Origin: an uncultured Gemmatimonadota bacterium
GTDB taxonomy: Bacteria > GCA-2686955
Length of the DNA stretch: 64,000 nt
Assembly: GCA_964490075.1 (NCBI GenBank)
Contig: CAZBBK010000017.1
Span: forward strand, 1-64,000
Reading direction: 5' to 3'
Within the stretch, counting starts at the first letter, position 1. The number at the start of each line of letters is the position of its first letter. Made by a program: the position numbers and the translations under genes. Of the stretch, positions 1 to 10,603 are shown one piece after another. The notes beneath the pieces were generated by a model. That model did not search any database. It was given only the letters and a program-made list of their open reading frames with translations, and had not been told where the DNA came from.

Positions 1-882
1 CGGTCCACCCTCGGCCAGCAAGGTCAGCCCTTTGTCGCTCACCACATGCTCGACAGCGGTGCCGAGAAAGCGGTCGCTCAGGATCACGTGGCCTTCGTTC
101 TCAGGCCCGACCTGCACATCGTACTCCTCGATCTTGTCGACGAATGTGGTGTAGAAGTGCTCGGCGAGGATCTTGATGAAGTACTCGGCGTCATCGACCA
201 GCAGCAGCGCGCCCAGATCGACCTCGTACGGGGTCTTTTCGATGTCGTTGGGATCGGGCTCGATCAAGGGCGCGGCCTCCAGCCGACTGGTGTAGCCCTC
301 ACTCCAGATGTCGGGAGTGGCGCCATAGCTGGTGTTGTTGGTGCGGAAGGCTCCGTCGACATCGATCTGCACGGCGTGCAGAGTGACCAAGTAGGGGATC
401 TCCGGCGCGTCGTCGGAGCTCGCCTGCTCGTTCTGCCACTTGATGAACCGGTAGTCATCGTAGACCGGCGGGTGGACCCACTCCGGCTCGCCCTGGTCGT
501 GCTCAATGTAGTGTATCTTGTCGAAGTCGCGAGTGTCTCCCGGATCATCGCCTTCCGTGACATCCCAGTGGCTCTCCCGCCCGATCGTGTTGATGGCGGC
601 GTCGCGCAGCAGCACCCGAACATCCTCCGCCCATTCGAACCAAGGATCGTCGTCCCACGCCGCATCGGTCGTGCTCCAGTCCGGCAAATGCGCCAAGTTG
701 TGCATCTCGATCTTGTCGATCGCGGTGGGCACAAAAGGGTGGCCCTCAGGGTCGAACCAGAGCCAGCCGGCGCCCCCCGGTGCAGATTCGGAAAGATGGA
801 GCCAACGGATCTCGCGCGCCTTGGTCCGGCCCCGTTTCCTCGATCGGTTCTTCCGCATGGGTCGATGGTCTCTCTTGGTCAT
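1..882 (-). CDS. Hypothetical protein, partial (runs off window start); weak resemblance to GH50/beta-agarase-like glycoside hydrolases
   Basis: Open minus-strand frame read manually from ATG at 882 to base 1 (MTKRDHRPMRKNRSRK...GWLWFDPEGHPFVPTAID...GHVILSDRFLG); not in ORF track because it lacks a stop. WxWFDPEGHPF recalls the WWLVDPEGxxF motif of agarase-like proteins. Confidence 0.55.
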   Translation of the reverse strand, partial: MTKRDHRPMRKNRSRKRGRTKAREIRWLHLSESAPGGAGWLWFDPEGHPFVPTAIDKIEMHNLAHLPDWSTTDAAWDDDPWFEWAEDVRVLLRDAAINTIGRESHWDVTEGDDPGDTRDFDKIHYIEHDQGEPEWVHPPVYDDYRFIKWQNEQASSDDAPEIPYLVTLHAVQIDVDGAFRTNNTSYGATPDIWSEGYTSRLEAAPLIEPDPNDIEKTPYEVDLGALLLVDDAEYFIKILAEHFYTTFVDKIEEYDVQVGPENEGHVILSDRFLGTAVEHVVSDKGLTLLAEGGP

Positions 883-993
883 GGGGCACCGAGGAAGAAC
901 AGACTCGCGGTCCCTGCCATTGGAATCGCTCACAATCAGCATGGTGTCGTGGTCGACGGCTACTTTCCGCAGTCTCTCACATGGGGCGAGAGG

Positions 994-1500
994 GTGGGCA
1001 ACGACCTTCGACAAGCTGCCGGCGATTGCCGTCCCCCGACGCAACTGATTGCCTGTGGCGTAGTCGGTGCCGATGACATTCGGCAAGTTGCACTGAGAAT
1101 CGCCGAGGCTGTCGACGCTCGACGCGTGATTCTCTTCGGGTCCCACGCGCGCGGTGAAGCGCGAGAGGGGAGCGATGTAGATCTTCTGATCATCGCTGCG
1201 AGCGACCGGCCGAGATTCAAGCGAAGCCGCGATCTCCTCCGGCTCTTTCGCCCCCATCCTTTCCTCATGGATCTGGTTGTGCATACGCCGCCGGAGATCG
1301 AGGAGGGGCTGCGGACACCGGTCTCGTTCATCGCTTCGGAAATCTCAAACGCTTCCACGCGCTGCCGAGCCCCCGCGACCCGAGCGCAGCTCGCTCGGAA
1401 CCGTACGCGATCTTCCCTGGCAAGAAAAAGCGCCCCCCCGGCTCCATCGTTCAGTCGTCCCGTTGCCACCGCGCGCCACGACCGCGCACCCCCCGCCTGA
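994..1500 (+). CDS. Minimal nucleotidyltransferase (MNT) domain protein, possibly degenerate C-terminus
   Basis: 3' part of ORF 46..1500: RVILFGSHARGEAREGSDVDLLII (GS...DxD motif) and DLVVHTPPEIEE. Start (GTG 994) uncertain; no HEPN partner follows. Confidence 0.7.
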   Translation: MGNDLRQAAGDCRPPTQLIACGVVGADDIRQVALRIAEAVDARRVILFGSHARGEAREGSDVDLLIIAASDRPRFKRSRDLLRLFRPHPFLMDLVVHTPPEIEEGLRTPVSFIASEISNASTRCRAPATRAQLARNRTRSSLARKSAPPAPSFSRPVATARHDRAPPA

Positions 1501-1519
1501 ATACCAAGAGGATTCGATC

Positions 1520-2095
1520 ATGAGTTTGCGCACCCTCCGCTCCCGCGGCTTCGCCACCCTGGTCACCGTCGCCGGCTTGTCGGCCTCGATCGCCGCTTCG
1601 CCCGCCTCCGCTCGCTGCTTCAACATGGAAGCGCCGCCGCCCGGCGCCACCTACCCGGTCGGCTTCGCCCTGGCCCTGCCCGACGTGACGATCCACATCC
1701 AGCAATTCCAGGACGGCCTCTTCAACTGGGCCGGCCCCGCCCATGACGCCAATATCGTCGTCAGCAACATCGCCATGGGCACCCCGACTCAGGAGATGAT
1801 GGTCGACAACTGTACCGTCACCTTCGAGCCGGTTCCGCCGGCGGTCGCGGCCCGCTTCCGCTACGCCGATCTCGGTGGCAACACCAATTTCGAGATCAAC
1901 GGCGACTTCCGCAATGTCGCCGATCTCTCCATGTTGGACGGCCTGATCGTCGGTGGCCACCTGGTGACCGTCGCCTGGGCCGGCGTGGGCGGCGGCGAGC
2001 GCGGCACGCTCACCGTGCACCCGGGCGGCCCGATCGACCGGCTGCGCGTCGGCGGCCAGGAGTTTTTCCTCGACGATCTCTGCTACAGGAGGTAG
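1520..2095 (+). CDS. Secreted hypothetical protein
   Basis: ATG 1520 after GAGGA RBS; signal peptide ending ASA; high GC3 codon usage. Confidence 0.75.
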   Translation: MSLRTLRSRGFATLVTVAGLSASIAASPASARCFNMEAPPPGATYPVGFALALPDVTIHIQQFQDGLFNWAGPAHDANIVVSNIAMGTPTQEMMVDNCTVTFEPVPPAVAARFRYADLGGNTNFEINGDFRNVADLSMLDGLIVGGHLVTVAWAGVGGGERGTLTVHPGGPIDRLRVGGQEFFLDDLCYRR

Positions 2096-2175
2096 GGATC
2101 CGCGCGGACCCCAGCGGGAGCTTCTTCCGCAACCGACCCACGGGGGTGTCGCCGATTCGCGGAAGGAGCAACCGG

Positions 2176-2212
2176 GCGGGGCGCGCGGCCGAGAGCGCGC
2201 CTCGCTTGTTTT
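2176..2212 (+). terminator. Putative rho-independent terminator
   Basis: GCGGGGCGCGC / GCGCGCCTCGC stem followed by TTGTTTT downstream of 1520..2095. Confidence 0.5.
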
Positions 2213-2340
2213 GTGGGGGACGGCACCAAGAGGCCGACGCCGCCCTTGTGGCGCCCGAAGGCCGGTAGTACCATTCGCCGTTCAATCGCAATCGACTATC
2301 GACACCCGATTCGCCCGAACTTCCAGGGAGATCCCCCGTC

Positions 2341-2973
2341 ATGCGCTTTCGAGCCGGATGCACGCGCGGCGCGCTCCTCGCGTTCGCGATGCTCCTTTCA
2401 GCCTGTGGTTCCGACGACACCCAAGAGCGCGTGGACGCCCTCTTCCAGAGCGCAGAGACGCGAATCGACGCGGCCCGCTCCCACCAGCAGGACCTCTACG
2501 AGACCGCCGAGATCCTGGCGGCGCAGGGCGAGATGCTGCGGCTGCGGGCCGATGAGCTGGAGACCTCGCTGAGCGACATCGAAGCCTCGCTGGAGAACCT
2601 GCGCGAGTCCTACCAACCTTCCGCGGCAGCGATCCCGGTCGAGGATGACGACGAGGCCGCGGAAGATACCGAGGCCGGCGCCGCGGTGGCCGGCGACGAC
2701 GATGAAGAGGGCGGAGGATTCGGCAAATTCCTCTTCGGCCTGGTCATCGTGATCCTGGTGCTGGTCGCGCTCAAGCGGCGCAAGGCACGCCAGCAAGAAG
2801 AGGAAGCCTGGCGCAGCGCCACCTACACGCCGCCCTCCTACACCCCGGCGTCCCCACCGGCCCCGACCACGACGCCCAGCGCTCCGGAGCCGGCCGTGGA
2901 GGGGACGGGCGGCGACGAGGGCGCGGAGTCGGCGGACGAGACGCCGAAAGAGGAGCCCCCGGCGGATCGATAG
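2341..2973 (+). CDS. Putative lipoprotein with coiled coil and C-terminal TM segment
   Basis: Lipobox LSAC, helical segment, acidic linker, TM helix FLFGLVIVILVLVAL, Pro-rich tail. Confidence 0.75.
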   Translation: MRFRAGCTRGALLAFAMLLSACGSDDTQERVDALFQSAETRIDAARSHQQDLYETAEILAAQGEMLRLRADELETSLSDIEASLENLRESYQPSAAAIPVEDDDEAAEDTEAGAAVAGDDDEEGGGFGKFLFGLVIVILVLVALKRRKARQQEEEAWRSATYTPPSYTPASPPAPTTTPSAPEPAVEGTGGDEGAESADETPKEEPPADR

Positions 2974-3005
2974 TCGAGGCCCACGGGGACCTGGGGCGCC
3001 TCGCT

Positions 3006-4466
3006 CTACTCGAGTGAGCGCCTGGTGCGTATCAGAACGTCGATGCGGCGGTTTCGAGCCCGGCCGACCGAGGTCTCGTTGTTGGCGATGGGGCGCATCT
3101 CGCCGTATCCAACCGCCTCGATCTGATCCCACGCGATGGCCGAATTGACGGTCAAGTACTCGCGCACCGCACTTGCCCTGGCTCTGGACAGTCCCAGGTT
3201 GAGCTCGTCGCCGCCGTGGGAATCGGTGTGCCCCTCGATCACCACCTTGGCCCGCGGAAAGACGGCAATGGCGTTCTGGAGCTTCGCGAGGAGGCCATAG
3301 TACTGGGGGTCGATGGACGATCCCCCGGAGCGGAAGCTCAAGCCCACCAGTCGTATGGTCAGATCGTTCCCCTGGCGGAGGATGTCCGCCTCCCCCAGGG
3401 CGAACATCTCCTCGATCCGCTCGTAGCGCCTGCGGGCTTCGGCCTGGGCCTCCATCTTCCGCTTCAGCCGCATCTGCTCCTCGTTGAATCCGCCCAACGC
3501 CTTCTCCAGGTCGGCGACCTGTGCCTCGAGGTCGGCGATCAACCGATCTCGATCGGCCACGTCGCCCGCGAGCCGCCGCCTTTCTCGGTCGGTCTCCCTG
3601 ATCCACGCCTCCACCTCCCGCGTCACCGACTCGGCGCCTGCGTCGAATCGGGCACCGAGCCCGGCCGCGGCGGCCACCTCGGCCAGCGGCTTCTCCCAGC
3701 CCAGCACCAGATCCTCAGTGGTCACCGACCCGTTCTTCACCTGCCGGAGCACGCTGGCCAGGTAGAGCGCGTGCTTCGCTTCGTAGTTGGACTGCTGGGC
3801 CAGTGTGCGCGCCAGGTCGGTGTCGTAGCGATTCTGCTCCAGCTCCTGCTCCGAATTGCGCAAGAGCGTCGCTGCCCGCTGGATCGTGTTCGGGGCCAGA
3901 TCTTCCGCCTTGTTGCGCTCGGCGCGGGTCAGGAGCGCTCGCGTCTCGTCGAGAAAAGCGGACTTGATGGCGGCCAGCTCCGCGTCCCGAAAAAACGTCT
4001 CGGCCTGCTTGGCCTTCTTCTTGGCGTCCTTGATATCGCCCTTTTCCAGGGTGCGGGTGGCGCCGTTGAACTCCTTCTCCCCCTTCTGCCAAAGCTCGGG
4101 GGCGGACTGCGGGGCCTCGGCCTTGATTGCGTCGGCGCGGGCCGCGATCGAAGCGGCGAGAGTGACCTTGGCGAGCTTGGCGGCGTCGGTGGCGTGAGCC
4201 ATGATTCGCACCGCCTTGCCGAGCTCCTTGCGGATGTCCTCGACCTTCTTGCCATCCTGCAGCTTCTCGTCGGCTTCTCGGTAGTGGCCGAGGCCCTTGG
4301 CGAAGCTCTCGGGGGCGAGAAACTGAGCCTTGACCTCGCGAGCCTCGGCGAGGGCTGCGTCGGCCTCGGTGAAGAGCAGATCTCGGAGCTCGGACGTTGT
4401 TTGGGCGACGGTCGCGCCGCCGAGCCAACATGTGAGAAGGAGGGCGAGGCAGAAGGGGGACTTCAT
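3006..4466 (-). CDS. OmpA family protein with N-terminal helical repeats
   Basis: C-terminal IEGHTDS...NLGLSRARA...GYGEMRPIANN...GRARNRRIDV; signal peptide; Ala-rich helical repeats. Confidence 0.9.
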   Translation of the reverse strand: MKSPFCLALLLTCWLGGATVAQTTSELRDLLFTEADAALAEAREVKAQFLAPESFAKGLGHYREADEKLQDGKKVEDIRKELGKAVRIMAHATDAAKLAKVTLAASIAARADAIKAEAPQSAPELWQKGEKEFNGATRTLEKGDIKDAKKKAKQAETFFRDAELAAIKSAFLDETRALLTRAERNKAEDLAPNTIQRAATLLRNSEQELEQNRYDTDLARTLAQQSNYEAKHALYLASVLRQVKNGSVTTEDLVLGWEKPLAEVAAAAGLGARFDAGAESVTREVEAWIRETDRERRRLAGDVADRDRLIADLEAQVADLEKALGGFNEEQMRLKRKMEAQAEARRRYERIEEMFALGEADILRQGNDLTIRLVGLSFRSGGSSIDPQYYGLLAKLQNAIAVFPRAKVVIEGHTDSHGGDELNLGLSRARASAVREYLTVNSAIAWDQIEAVGYGEMRPIANNETSVGRARNRRIDVLIRTRRSLE

Positions 4467-4568
4467 GGTTTCCTCGATGGGGCGGTGGCGAGGAGAGGCG
4501 GAACCCTCGGAGGATAGCACCGGCGGGTCTGGAGTCTGGCGCGTGAGCTGATCGCGCCCCTCCGCCGA

Positions 4569-5213
4569 TCAGTAGTCGAGCCGAAACGAGCGCCGGTGGA
4601 TCGGCGCAGGACCCAGCTCCGCCAGCGCACGGCGGTGTTGCAGGGTCGGGTAGCCCTTGTGCGACGCGAAGCCGTAGCCCGGATGGGCGGCGTCCAGCTC
4701 GACCATGATCCGGTCGCGTTCGACCTTGGCCAGGATCGAGGCGGCGGCGATGGAGGCGAAGCGGTCGTCGCCCTTGACCTCGGCGCGCCACTGCGCCGGG
4801 TCGCCGATGTCGAGGGCGGGCAGGCGGTTGCCGTCCACCAGGACGAGCTCGGGGCGGGGATCGAGCGCGTCGACGGCGCGGCGCATCCCGGCCAGGGTGG
4901 CGCCCAGGATGTTCAGGCGGTCGATCTCTTGGTGATCGACGGCGACGACCGACCAGTCGCGGGCGCGGCGGCGGATCTCGGTCGCCAGCTCGCGGCGGGT
5001 GGGCTCGGGCAGCTTCTTGGAGTCGCGCAGACCGGCGATCGGATCGGCGGGATCGAGCACCACGGCGGCCACCAGCACCGGCCCGGCCAGCGGTCCGCGC
5101 CCGGCCTCGTCCACTCCGCAGATCCGCTCGACGCCGTGGTGGCACGCGAGATCGCGCTCCGCCCGGTCGAGTAGCTCGAGCTGGGCGAGATCGGCTCTCG
5201 CCCCTCGCCTCAT
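4569..5213 (-). CDS. rnhB: Ribonuclease HII
   Basis: [22 protein letters not shown]...[26 protein letters not shown] motifs; ATGA overlap with upstream stop. Confidence 0.95.
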   Translation of the reverse strand: MRRGARADLAQLELLDRAERDLACHHGVERICGVDEAGRGPLAGPVLVAAVVLDPADPIAGLRDSKKLPEPTRRELATEIRRRARDWSVVAVDHQEIDRLNILGATLAGMRRAVDALDPRPELVLVDGNRLPALDIGDPAQWRAEVKGDDRFASIAAASILAKVERDRIMVELDAAHPGYGFASHKGYPTLQHRRALAELGPAPIHRRSFRLDY

Positions 5214-6769
5214 GCGCTCCCCCATCCGCCCCCTCCCGGGCTCTCGATGCGCACCCGGTCCCCTGGTCGAAGGGTCGCTTCCGCGCGCGCGGGGAGCGCT
5301 TCCAGGGCTCCGTCGCCGCGGCGGATGGCGGCCCGGCCCGCGGCTGCGGGCGCTCCGCCCTCCAGGCCGTAGGGGCGGAGGTCGCGACGATCGGAGAGCA
5401 GGGTCAGCCGGGCCTCGGCGAGCAGCTCGATCTCGCGCACCACGCCCCGACCGCCCTGGTGGCGGCCGGCACCGCCGCTCCGTGGGCGCAGCCGGTACTC
5501 GACGACGCGCAGCGGAAGCTGGTGCTCCAGCGCTTCGATCGGCGTGTTCAGCGAGTTGGTCATGTGGCTGTGGATTCCGCTCTCGCCCGGGCCGCTCGGT
5601 CCGGCGCCGGCCCCGCCGGCCACGGTCTCGTAGTAGGCCCATTGGCGCCCCGCCGGGGTCAGACCGCCGAGGCAGAGGTTGTTCATCGTACCCTGGCTGG
5701 CCGCCGGGATCCGCTCCGGCAACGCCGGCGCCAGGGCCCCCAGCAGAGCATCGACCACCCGCTGGCTGGTCTCGACGTTGCCCCCCGCCACCGGCACCGG
5801 CGGCCGCGCGTCGAGCACGCTGCCGGGGCGGGTGCGCAGCTCGACCGGGCGCATGGTGCCGGCGTTCCAGGGGGCATCGGGGCCGGCGATGCAGCGCACC
5901 ACGTAAGCCACCGCCGACTCGGTCACGGCTCGCGGAGCGTTGAGCGGCTCCGGCACCTGGTCGGCGCAGCGGCCGAAGTCGACCAGCAGCGCGCCGCCGC
6001 GTCGCACTTGCAGCTTCACGGAGATGGGGATGGGGCCGTCGAGCGCGTCGTCGAAGCGGTAGACACCGGGCTCGATGGTGGCCAGCGCCGCCCGGGTCAT
6101 GCGTTCGGAGTAGTCCAGGAGCAGGTCGCAGCAGCGAGCGAGAGCGGTCGATCCGAAGCGCCGAGCGGCTTCCTCCAGGCGACGGGCGCCGACGTGAAGT
6201 GAGGCGATCTGCGCCTCCAGGTCGCCGCGCCTTTCGTCGGGTGCGCGCAGGTTGGCCAGGAGCAGCTTCCAGATATCCGCGACCGGCCGACCGGCGCGCA
6301 GCAGATGCAGCGGCGGGATCCGCAAGCCCTCGGCGACGATGTCGTTCGCCAACCCCATCGACCCCGGTGTCGCGCCGCCGATGTCGGCGTGATGAGCGCG
6401 ATTGGCGACGAAATAGTCAGGAGTCGCGGCGGACTCGGCGAGAAAGACCGGCGCCACCAGCGTCACATCCGGCAGGTGGGTGCCGCCCCGGTAGGGATCG
6501 TTGGCGACGACCACGTCCCCCGCCGCCGGTGAGCAGTCGTCCAACACCGCCGCCACCGCCGCCGGCATCGATCCCAAATGAACCGGCATGTGGTCCCCCT
6601 GGGCGACGGCGCGCCCGTGGCGGTCGAAGAGGGCGCAGGAGTAGTCGCGGCGTTCTTTGATGTTGGGGCTGAATCCGGTGCGCATCAGGGCGGCACCCAT
6701 CTCGTCGGTGATCGCGCCGAGTGTGTTGCGCACGATTTCGAGCTGGATCGGATCGAAATCTGTTTTCAC
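5210..6769 (-). CDS. Hydantoinase B / oxoprolinase family protein
   Basis: [49 protein letters not shown] motifs. Confidence 0.93.
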   Translation of the reverse strand: MKTDFDPIQLEIVRNTLGAITDEMGAALMRTGFSPNIKERRDYSCALFDRHGRAVAQGDHMPVHLGSMPAAVAAVLDDCSPAAGDVVVANDPYRGGTHLPDVTLVAPVFLAESAATPDYFVANRAHHADIGGATPGSMGLANDIVAEGLRIPPLHLLRAGRPVADIWKLLLANLRAPDERRGDLEAQIASLHVGARRLEEAARRFGSTALARCCDLLLDYSERMTRAALATIEPGVYRFDDALDGPIPISVKLQVRRGGALLVDFGRCADQVPEPLNAPRAVTESAVAYVVRCIAGPDAPWNAGTMRPVELRTRPGSVLDARPPVPVAGGNVETSQRVVDALLGALAPALPERIPAASQGTMNNLCLGGLTPAGRQWAYYETVAGGAGAGPSGPGESGIHSHMTNSLNTPIEALEHQLPLRVVEYRLRPRSGGAGRHQGGRGVVREIELLAEARLTLLSDRRDLRPYGLEGGAPAAAGRAAIRRGDGALEALPARAEATLRPGDRVRIESPGGGGWGSA

Positions 6770-8827
6770 CTAGGCCCGCCCTTCGCTCGCTGGTCGCTCC
6801 GGAGTCAAGAGCAAGCTGCCCCCGGCATCGACCCGCAGGGTCCAGGCGCGCGGCACTACGGTGGTGGCGGTGGGCTCCACGACCACCGCCGGGCCGCGCA
6901 GAACGGCGTCCGGGCCCAGGCTGCGCCGCTCGTGCACCGTCGCCCGCGCGGGTCCCGCTTCGTCGAAGAAGTCGGCCGGCGGCAGCGACGGTACTTGCTC
7001 GTGGTCGGTGGCAGACGAAGTCGCCGGTGCCGGAGACCCAAGATGCCGCCGCAGTCCAGGCGCCGAGGCGTTCGCCCGCACCGTCACGATTTCGACCGAG
7101 CGATCTTCCATAGCACTCCCGTAGCGACGCTCGTAGATCCGGTGGAAGGCCGCGACCGGGTCGCCGCGGTCGAAGGGCACGCGCAGCTCGTGCGCCTGGC
7201 CCTGGTAGCGCAGGTCGACCTCGGCGGCGATGGAGATCGGACCGGCCCCTTCCGCGGACAGGGCCCGTCGCACCCGGCCGGCGAGAGCGTCGCGCAGACG
7301 CTCCGCGCGGCGCAACCCCCGGTCGTCGGCCGGGACCAGCAGACTCCGCGCCAGGGCGCGCTGCGCCGGAGCCACCAACATCCCGCGTGCCGACAGGGTG
7401 CCGGGATCGGGCGGAATCCGCACTTCCGCGATCCCCAGCTCGTCGGCCAGGGCCGCGGCGTGCATCGGACCAGCGCCGCCGAAGGCCACCAGCTCGTGGT
7501 CACGCGGATCGATCCCGCGCGCCACGGTGATCTCGCGAATGGCGCGCGCCATCACCGCGCAGGCCACGCGGATCACTCCGAGGGCGGCCTGCTCGGCGGA
7601 GCGCCCCCCGAGGCGCGCACCCAGCTCCGCCAGAACCTCCCGGGCGCGCTCCGCGTCCAGGGCCATCGCGCCGTCCAGGAAGCGCTCCGGCACCAGCCGC
7701 CCCAGCACCAGGTTGGCGTCGGTCACGGTCGCCTCGACGCCGCCCTGGCCGTAGCAGGCGGGTCCCGGCCGCGCCCCGGCGCTGCGCGGACCGACCCGCA
7801 GCACGCCCCCGGCGTCGACCGTCGCGATCGATCCGCCCCCCGCGCCCACCGTGTGGATGTCGAGCACCGGCGTGCGCAGGGTCATGCCGGCGAAGCGCAT
7901 CTCGGCGGTGGCCGGCGGCCGCTCCCCGCACACCGCCACGTCGGTCGAAGTCCCGCCCATGTCGAAGGTGATGCAGGCGGCCGCGGCGCTCGCCTCGCCT
8001 CGGGCGCCGATCACCCCCCCGGCGGGTCCGGAGAGCAGGGTGCGGATCGGCTGTCGGACGGCGTAACGCGCCGCGGCGCTGCCCCCCGACGAGAGCATGA
8101 CGCGCAGCTTCGGCAGCCGGCGCGACAGGCGCCGCAGGTAGCGACGCATGATCGGGGCGACGTAGGCGTTGGCCAGGGTGCTCCAGGCCCGCTCCACCTC
8201 GCGGAACTCGCCGACCAGCTCGCTCGACAGGGTGACGTCGAGTCGCGCGGCGCGCAGGGCGGCGGCGATCTGTCGTTCGTGGCGGGACCGCGCGTAGCTG
8301 TGCAAGAGACAGATCGCCACCGACTCGACCCCGGCTCCGACCAGATCGCGCGCGAGATCCGGTAGCCGGGCCGGATCGAGCGCCCGCAGCACGTGACCCT
8401 CCGGCCCCACGCGCTCGTCGACGCCGCGCGTGACAGCGGCCAGGGGCGGCTCACGGCGCGGCTCCAGCGCGTAGAGGTCGGGGCGCGACTGGCGACCGAT
8501 GGCGACCAGGTCCTCGAAACCCCGCGTCGTGACCAGGGCGGTGCGCGCCCCGCGCCGCTCCAGCAGGGCGTTGGTCGCAACGGTCGAGCCGTGGATCACC
8601 GCCAGCTGTTCGGGCAGCGGCGGGTTGCGGCGCCCCTCGGCTCCAAGGGCGGCGGAAGCCAGCGCCGCACGAATCCCCGCCATCACCGCCCGTCCCGGAT
8701 CATCGGGGGTCGACGGCACCTTGGCGACCCAGAGGCCCGCGCCGGGACCCACCAGGACCACGTCGGTGAAGGTGCCGCCGCTGTCGACTCCGACCGCCCA
8801 GGGTCTCGGTTGAGGATCCGCGCTCAT
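6770..8827 (-). CDS. Hydantoinase A / oxoprolinase family protein
   Basis: GVDSGGTFTD, HGSTVATNALLER, LLSGPAGGV, DMGGTSTDV, GAGGGSIA, TVTDANLVLG motifs. Confidence 0.93.
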   Translation of the reverse strand: MSADPQPRPWAVGVDSGGTFTDVVLVGPGAGLWVAKVPSTPDDPGRAVMAGIRAALASAALGAEGRRNPPLPEQLAVIHGSTVATNALLERRGARTALVTTRGFEDLVAIGRQSRPDLYALEPRREPPLAAVTRGVDERVGPEGHVLRALDPARLPDLARDLVGAGVESVAICLLHSYARSRHERQIAAALRAARLDVTLSSELVGEFREVERAWSTLANAYVAPIMRRYLRRLSRRLPKLRVMLSSGGSAAARYAVRQPIRTLLSGPAGGVIGARGEASAAAACITFDMGGTSTDVAVCGERPPATAEMRFAGMTLRTPVLDIHTVGAGGGSIATVDAGGVLRVGPRSAGARPGPACYGQGGVEATVTDANLVLGRLVPERFLDGAMALDAERAREVLAELGARLGGRSAEQAALGVIRVACAVMARAIREITVARGIDPRDHELVAFGGAGPMHAAALADELGIAEVRIPPDPGTLSARGMLVAPAQRALARSLLVPADDRGLRRAERLRDALAGRVRRALSAEGAGPISIAAEVDLRYQGQAHELRVPFDRGDPVAAFHRIYERRYGSAMEDRSVEIVTVRANASAPGLRRHLGSPAPATSSATDHEQVPSLPPADFFDEAGPARATVHERRSLGPDAVLRGPAVVVEPTATTVVPRAWTLRVDAGGSLLLTPERPASEGRA

Positions 8828-8905
8828 CCGGTGGAGAGTAGACTGAATCGTCGCTCCCCTGGCCGCTCCGGATTGGCTGCGGGAGTGCGCCGGAACGGAC
8901 CAGAG

Positions 8906-9199
8906 ATGATCGCTCCGCTACAGCTCGCCGGCCTGATCGTCGCGATGATCGGCGTCGGGCAGGCCTGGAAGAACCCGCGCGCCGGTGCCGCCTTGATGGT
9001 GCTGGGCGGCATGCTCTTCGGCGCCGGCACGATCACGCTCGGGGGGCGGCTCTACACGATCCTCGGCGGCGCCTGGATGATCGTGGTGCCGCTCTTCGCC
9101 TTCCAGCGCGGGCGGATTCGACGGCGCGACGCGGAGCGCGCGGCGGCCGCGCGGGCCTCGCTGGAGCGGATCCGGCGCGCGGGCTCGGATCCGCCCTGA
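8906..9199 (+). CDS. Small membrane protein
   Basis: Three hydrophobic segments in 3' part of ORF 8393..9199. Confidence 0.6.
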   Translation: MIAPLQLAGLIVAMIGVGQAWKNPRAGAALMVLGGMLFGAGTITLGGRLYTILGGAWMIVVPLFAFQRGRIRRRDAERAAAARASLERIRRAGSDPP

Positions 9200-9211
9200 C
9201 GGACTTCCCGC

Positions 9212-9547
9212 TCAGCGCTTGGCGAAAATCGCCGGATTCTGCAGCTTCATCACCGCGCCCATATCGCCCTTGACCTTGAGCTGCTGGGTCATGAACGCGG
9301 TCATCGGGTTGACGGTGCCCTCGATGATGCCGATCCAGGTGTCGTCGCTGGTGACGATGGTCGACGTGGCGTTCTCGTCCACTCCCTCGACCGCCGTGCA
9401 GGTGCCGTCCTTCACGGTCACCACGTAGTCGCCGCCCTTGTCGCCCGAGATATTGAACTGGATGATCGCGTTCCAGTCCCCCGCGCCATCCGGCTGGAAG
9501 CGGTTGGGGAACTCGTCGAAGATCTGCTTCACGTGGGTGATCGCCAT
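9212..9547 (-). CDS. SCP2 sterol/lipid-binding domain protein
   Basis: IQFNISGDKGGDY...NPMTAFMTQQLKVKGDMGAVMKLQ typical of SCP2. Confidence 0.92.
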   Translation of the reverse strand: MAITHVKQIFDEFPNRFQPDGAGDWNAIIQFNISGDKGGDYVVTVKDGTCTAVEGVDENATSTIVTSDDTWIGIIEGTVNPMTAFMTQQLKVKGDMGAVMKLQNPAIFAKR

Positions 9548-9617
9548 GGTCTGCTTCCTTTTCTCGAGGGGTGGCGCGCTGCGCTCCGGGGCGCGGGAGG
9601 GAACTCGTCCCGGATAT

Positions 9618-9635
9618 TGACTGACGAGTCAATCA
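9618..9635. promoter_or_regulatory. Putative TetR operator, copy 1
   Basis: TGACTGACGAGTCAATCA upstream of SCP2 gene; 17/18 identical to 28033-28050. Confidence 0.7.
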
Positions 9636-9918
9636 AGGTAGTGCGGGGCGGTGGGGGTGTCAATGGGGGGGGCGATCTGAGGCTTCGATATACCGAGCCT
9701 CCCGCGGGGTGCGCGCGAGCGGACCTCGTCAAGGAGGTCCTTTCTGCTCGCGCGCACCCTGACGCCGGCCGGGAGCCCCACGGCGCGGCGCACTCCCGAG
9801 TCGATGGCCGACCGATCGGCAGCGGGCAAACGCCTCCCTCCACCAATCACCCGAGAGGCTCGACGGCCCCTGCGGCTGATGGAACGATCCACTTTGGTAG
9901 ATTGGTGTTGGATCGGAC

Positions 9919-10077
9919 TGGATTCCGGCTTTCGCCGGAATGACGGGGAAGGAGGCGTCGACGGGTGGATCGATGGCTGCGTCTGCTTGCGGATGGAGCA
10001 CACGGCTCCGCCGAACGCGCCGCCCACCTCTCGACGATCAGCCCCCTATTCGTCATTCCGGCGAAAGCCGGAATCCA
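9919..10077. repeat. REP-like palindromic element pair in inverted orientation
   Basis: TGGATTCCGGCTTTCGCCGGAATGACG (9919-9945) and its exact reverse complement at 10051-10077; each copy is itself a hairpin. Confidence 0.85.
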
Positions 10078-10603
10078 TGCCTGCACGACGACCCAAGCCG
10101 GGGGCGCCCGCCCGATTCCAAGAAAAAGGAACGTAGGATCTCAACGTCGCGCTCTAAGCTTTGCTCCCCAGGAATCGACTCCTCGCCATCGCTTTCCGGA
10201 GTCTGCGCATTGCAAAGGTAGTAGCGCCGCAGCTGCTCGGTCATCCGCGACCACTCCCGGAGCTCGATCACCATCGGCGCCGCGACACATTCGTCTCTTC
10301 CATGGCCAACTCCTTGCTGAAACGCACAGACAAGATCGCCGCGATGGTCGGGTCACCCCTGTACTGGCGCTCGAAGCGCTGGGCAAGAAAGGTGGCTCCC
10401 GGAGGATTGGCCTGGCCCGACTGGATGATCCCTGATCAGGGGCTCCAGCTAGGTTGGGAGAAACGGTACCGGGCAAGGGCAGGGGCATGGGCACGCGAAG
10501 AAGTCCAGTCGAGACCGCCTCCCCCCAACCGCGGATCGATCCCCGAAGGTCCGCGAACTCCCGTTGGGCCCGCGCTTCTTCGCCGACGATCTCGTCCCGC
10601 ACC

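Noticed and set aside
46-990. N-terminal two-thirds of + strand ORF 46..1500
   Set aside because: Antisense shadow of the real minus-strand gene 1..882; only the 3' MNT part looks coding.
10100-10600. Minus-strand coding-like fragments
   Set aside because: Broken across frames with no recognisable family; left uncalled.
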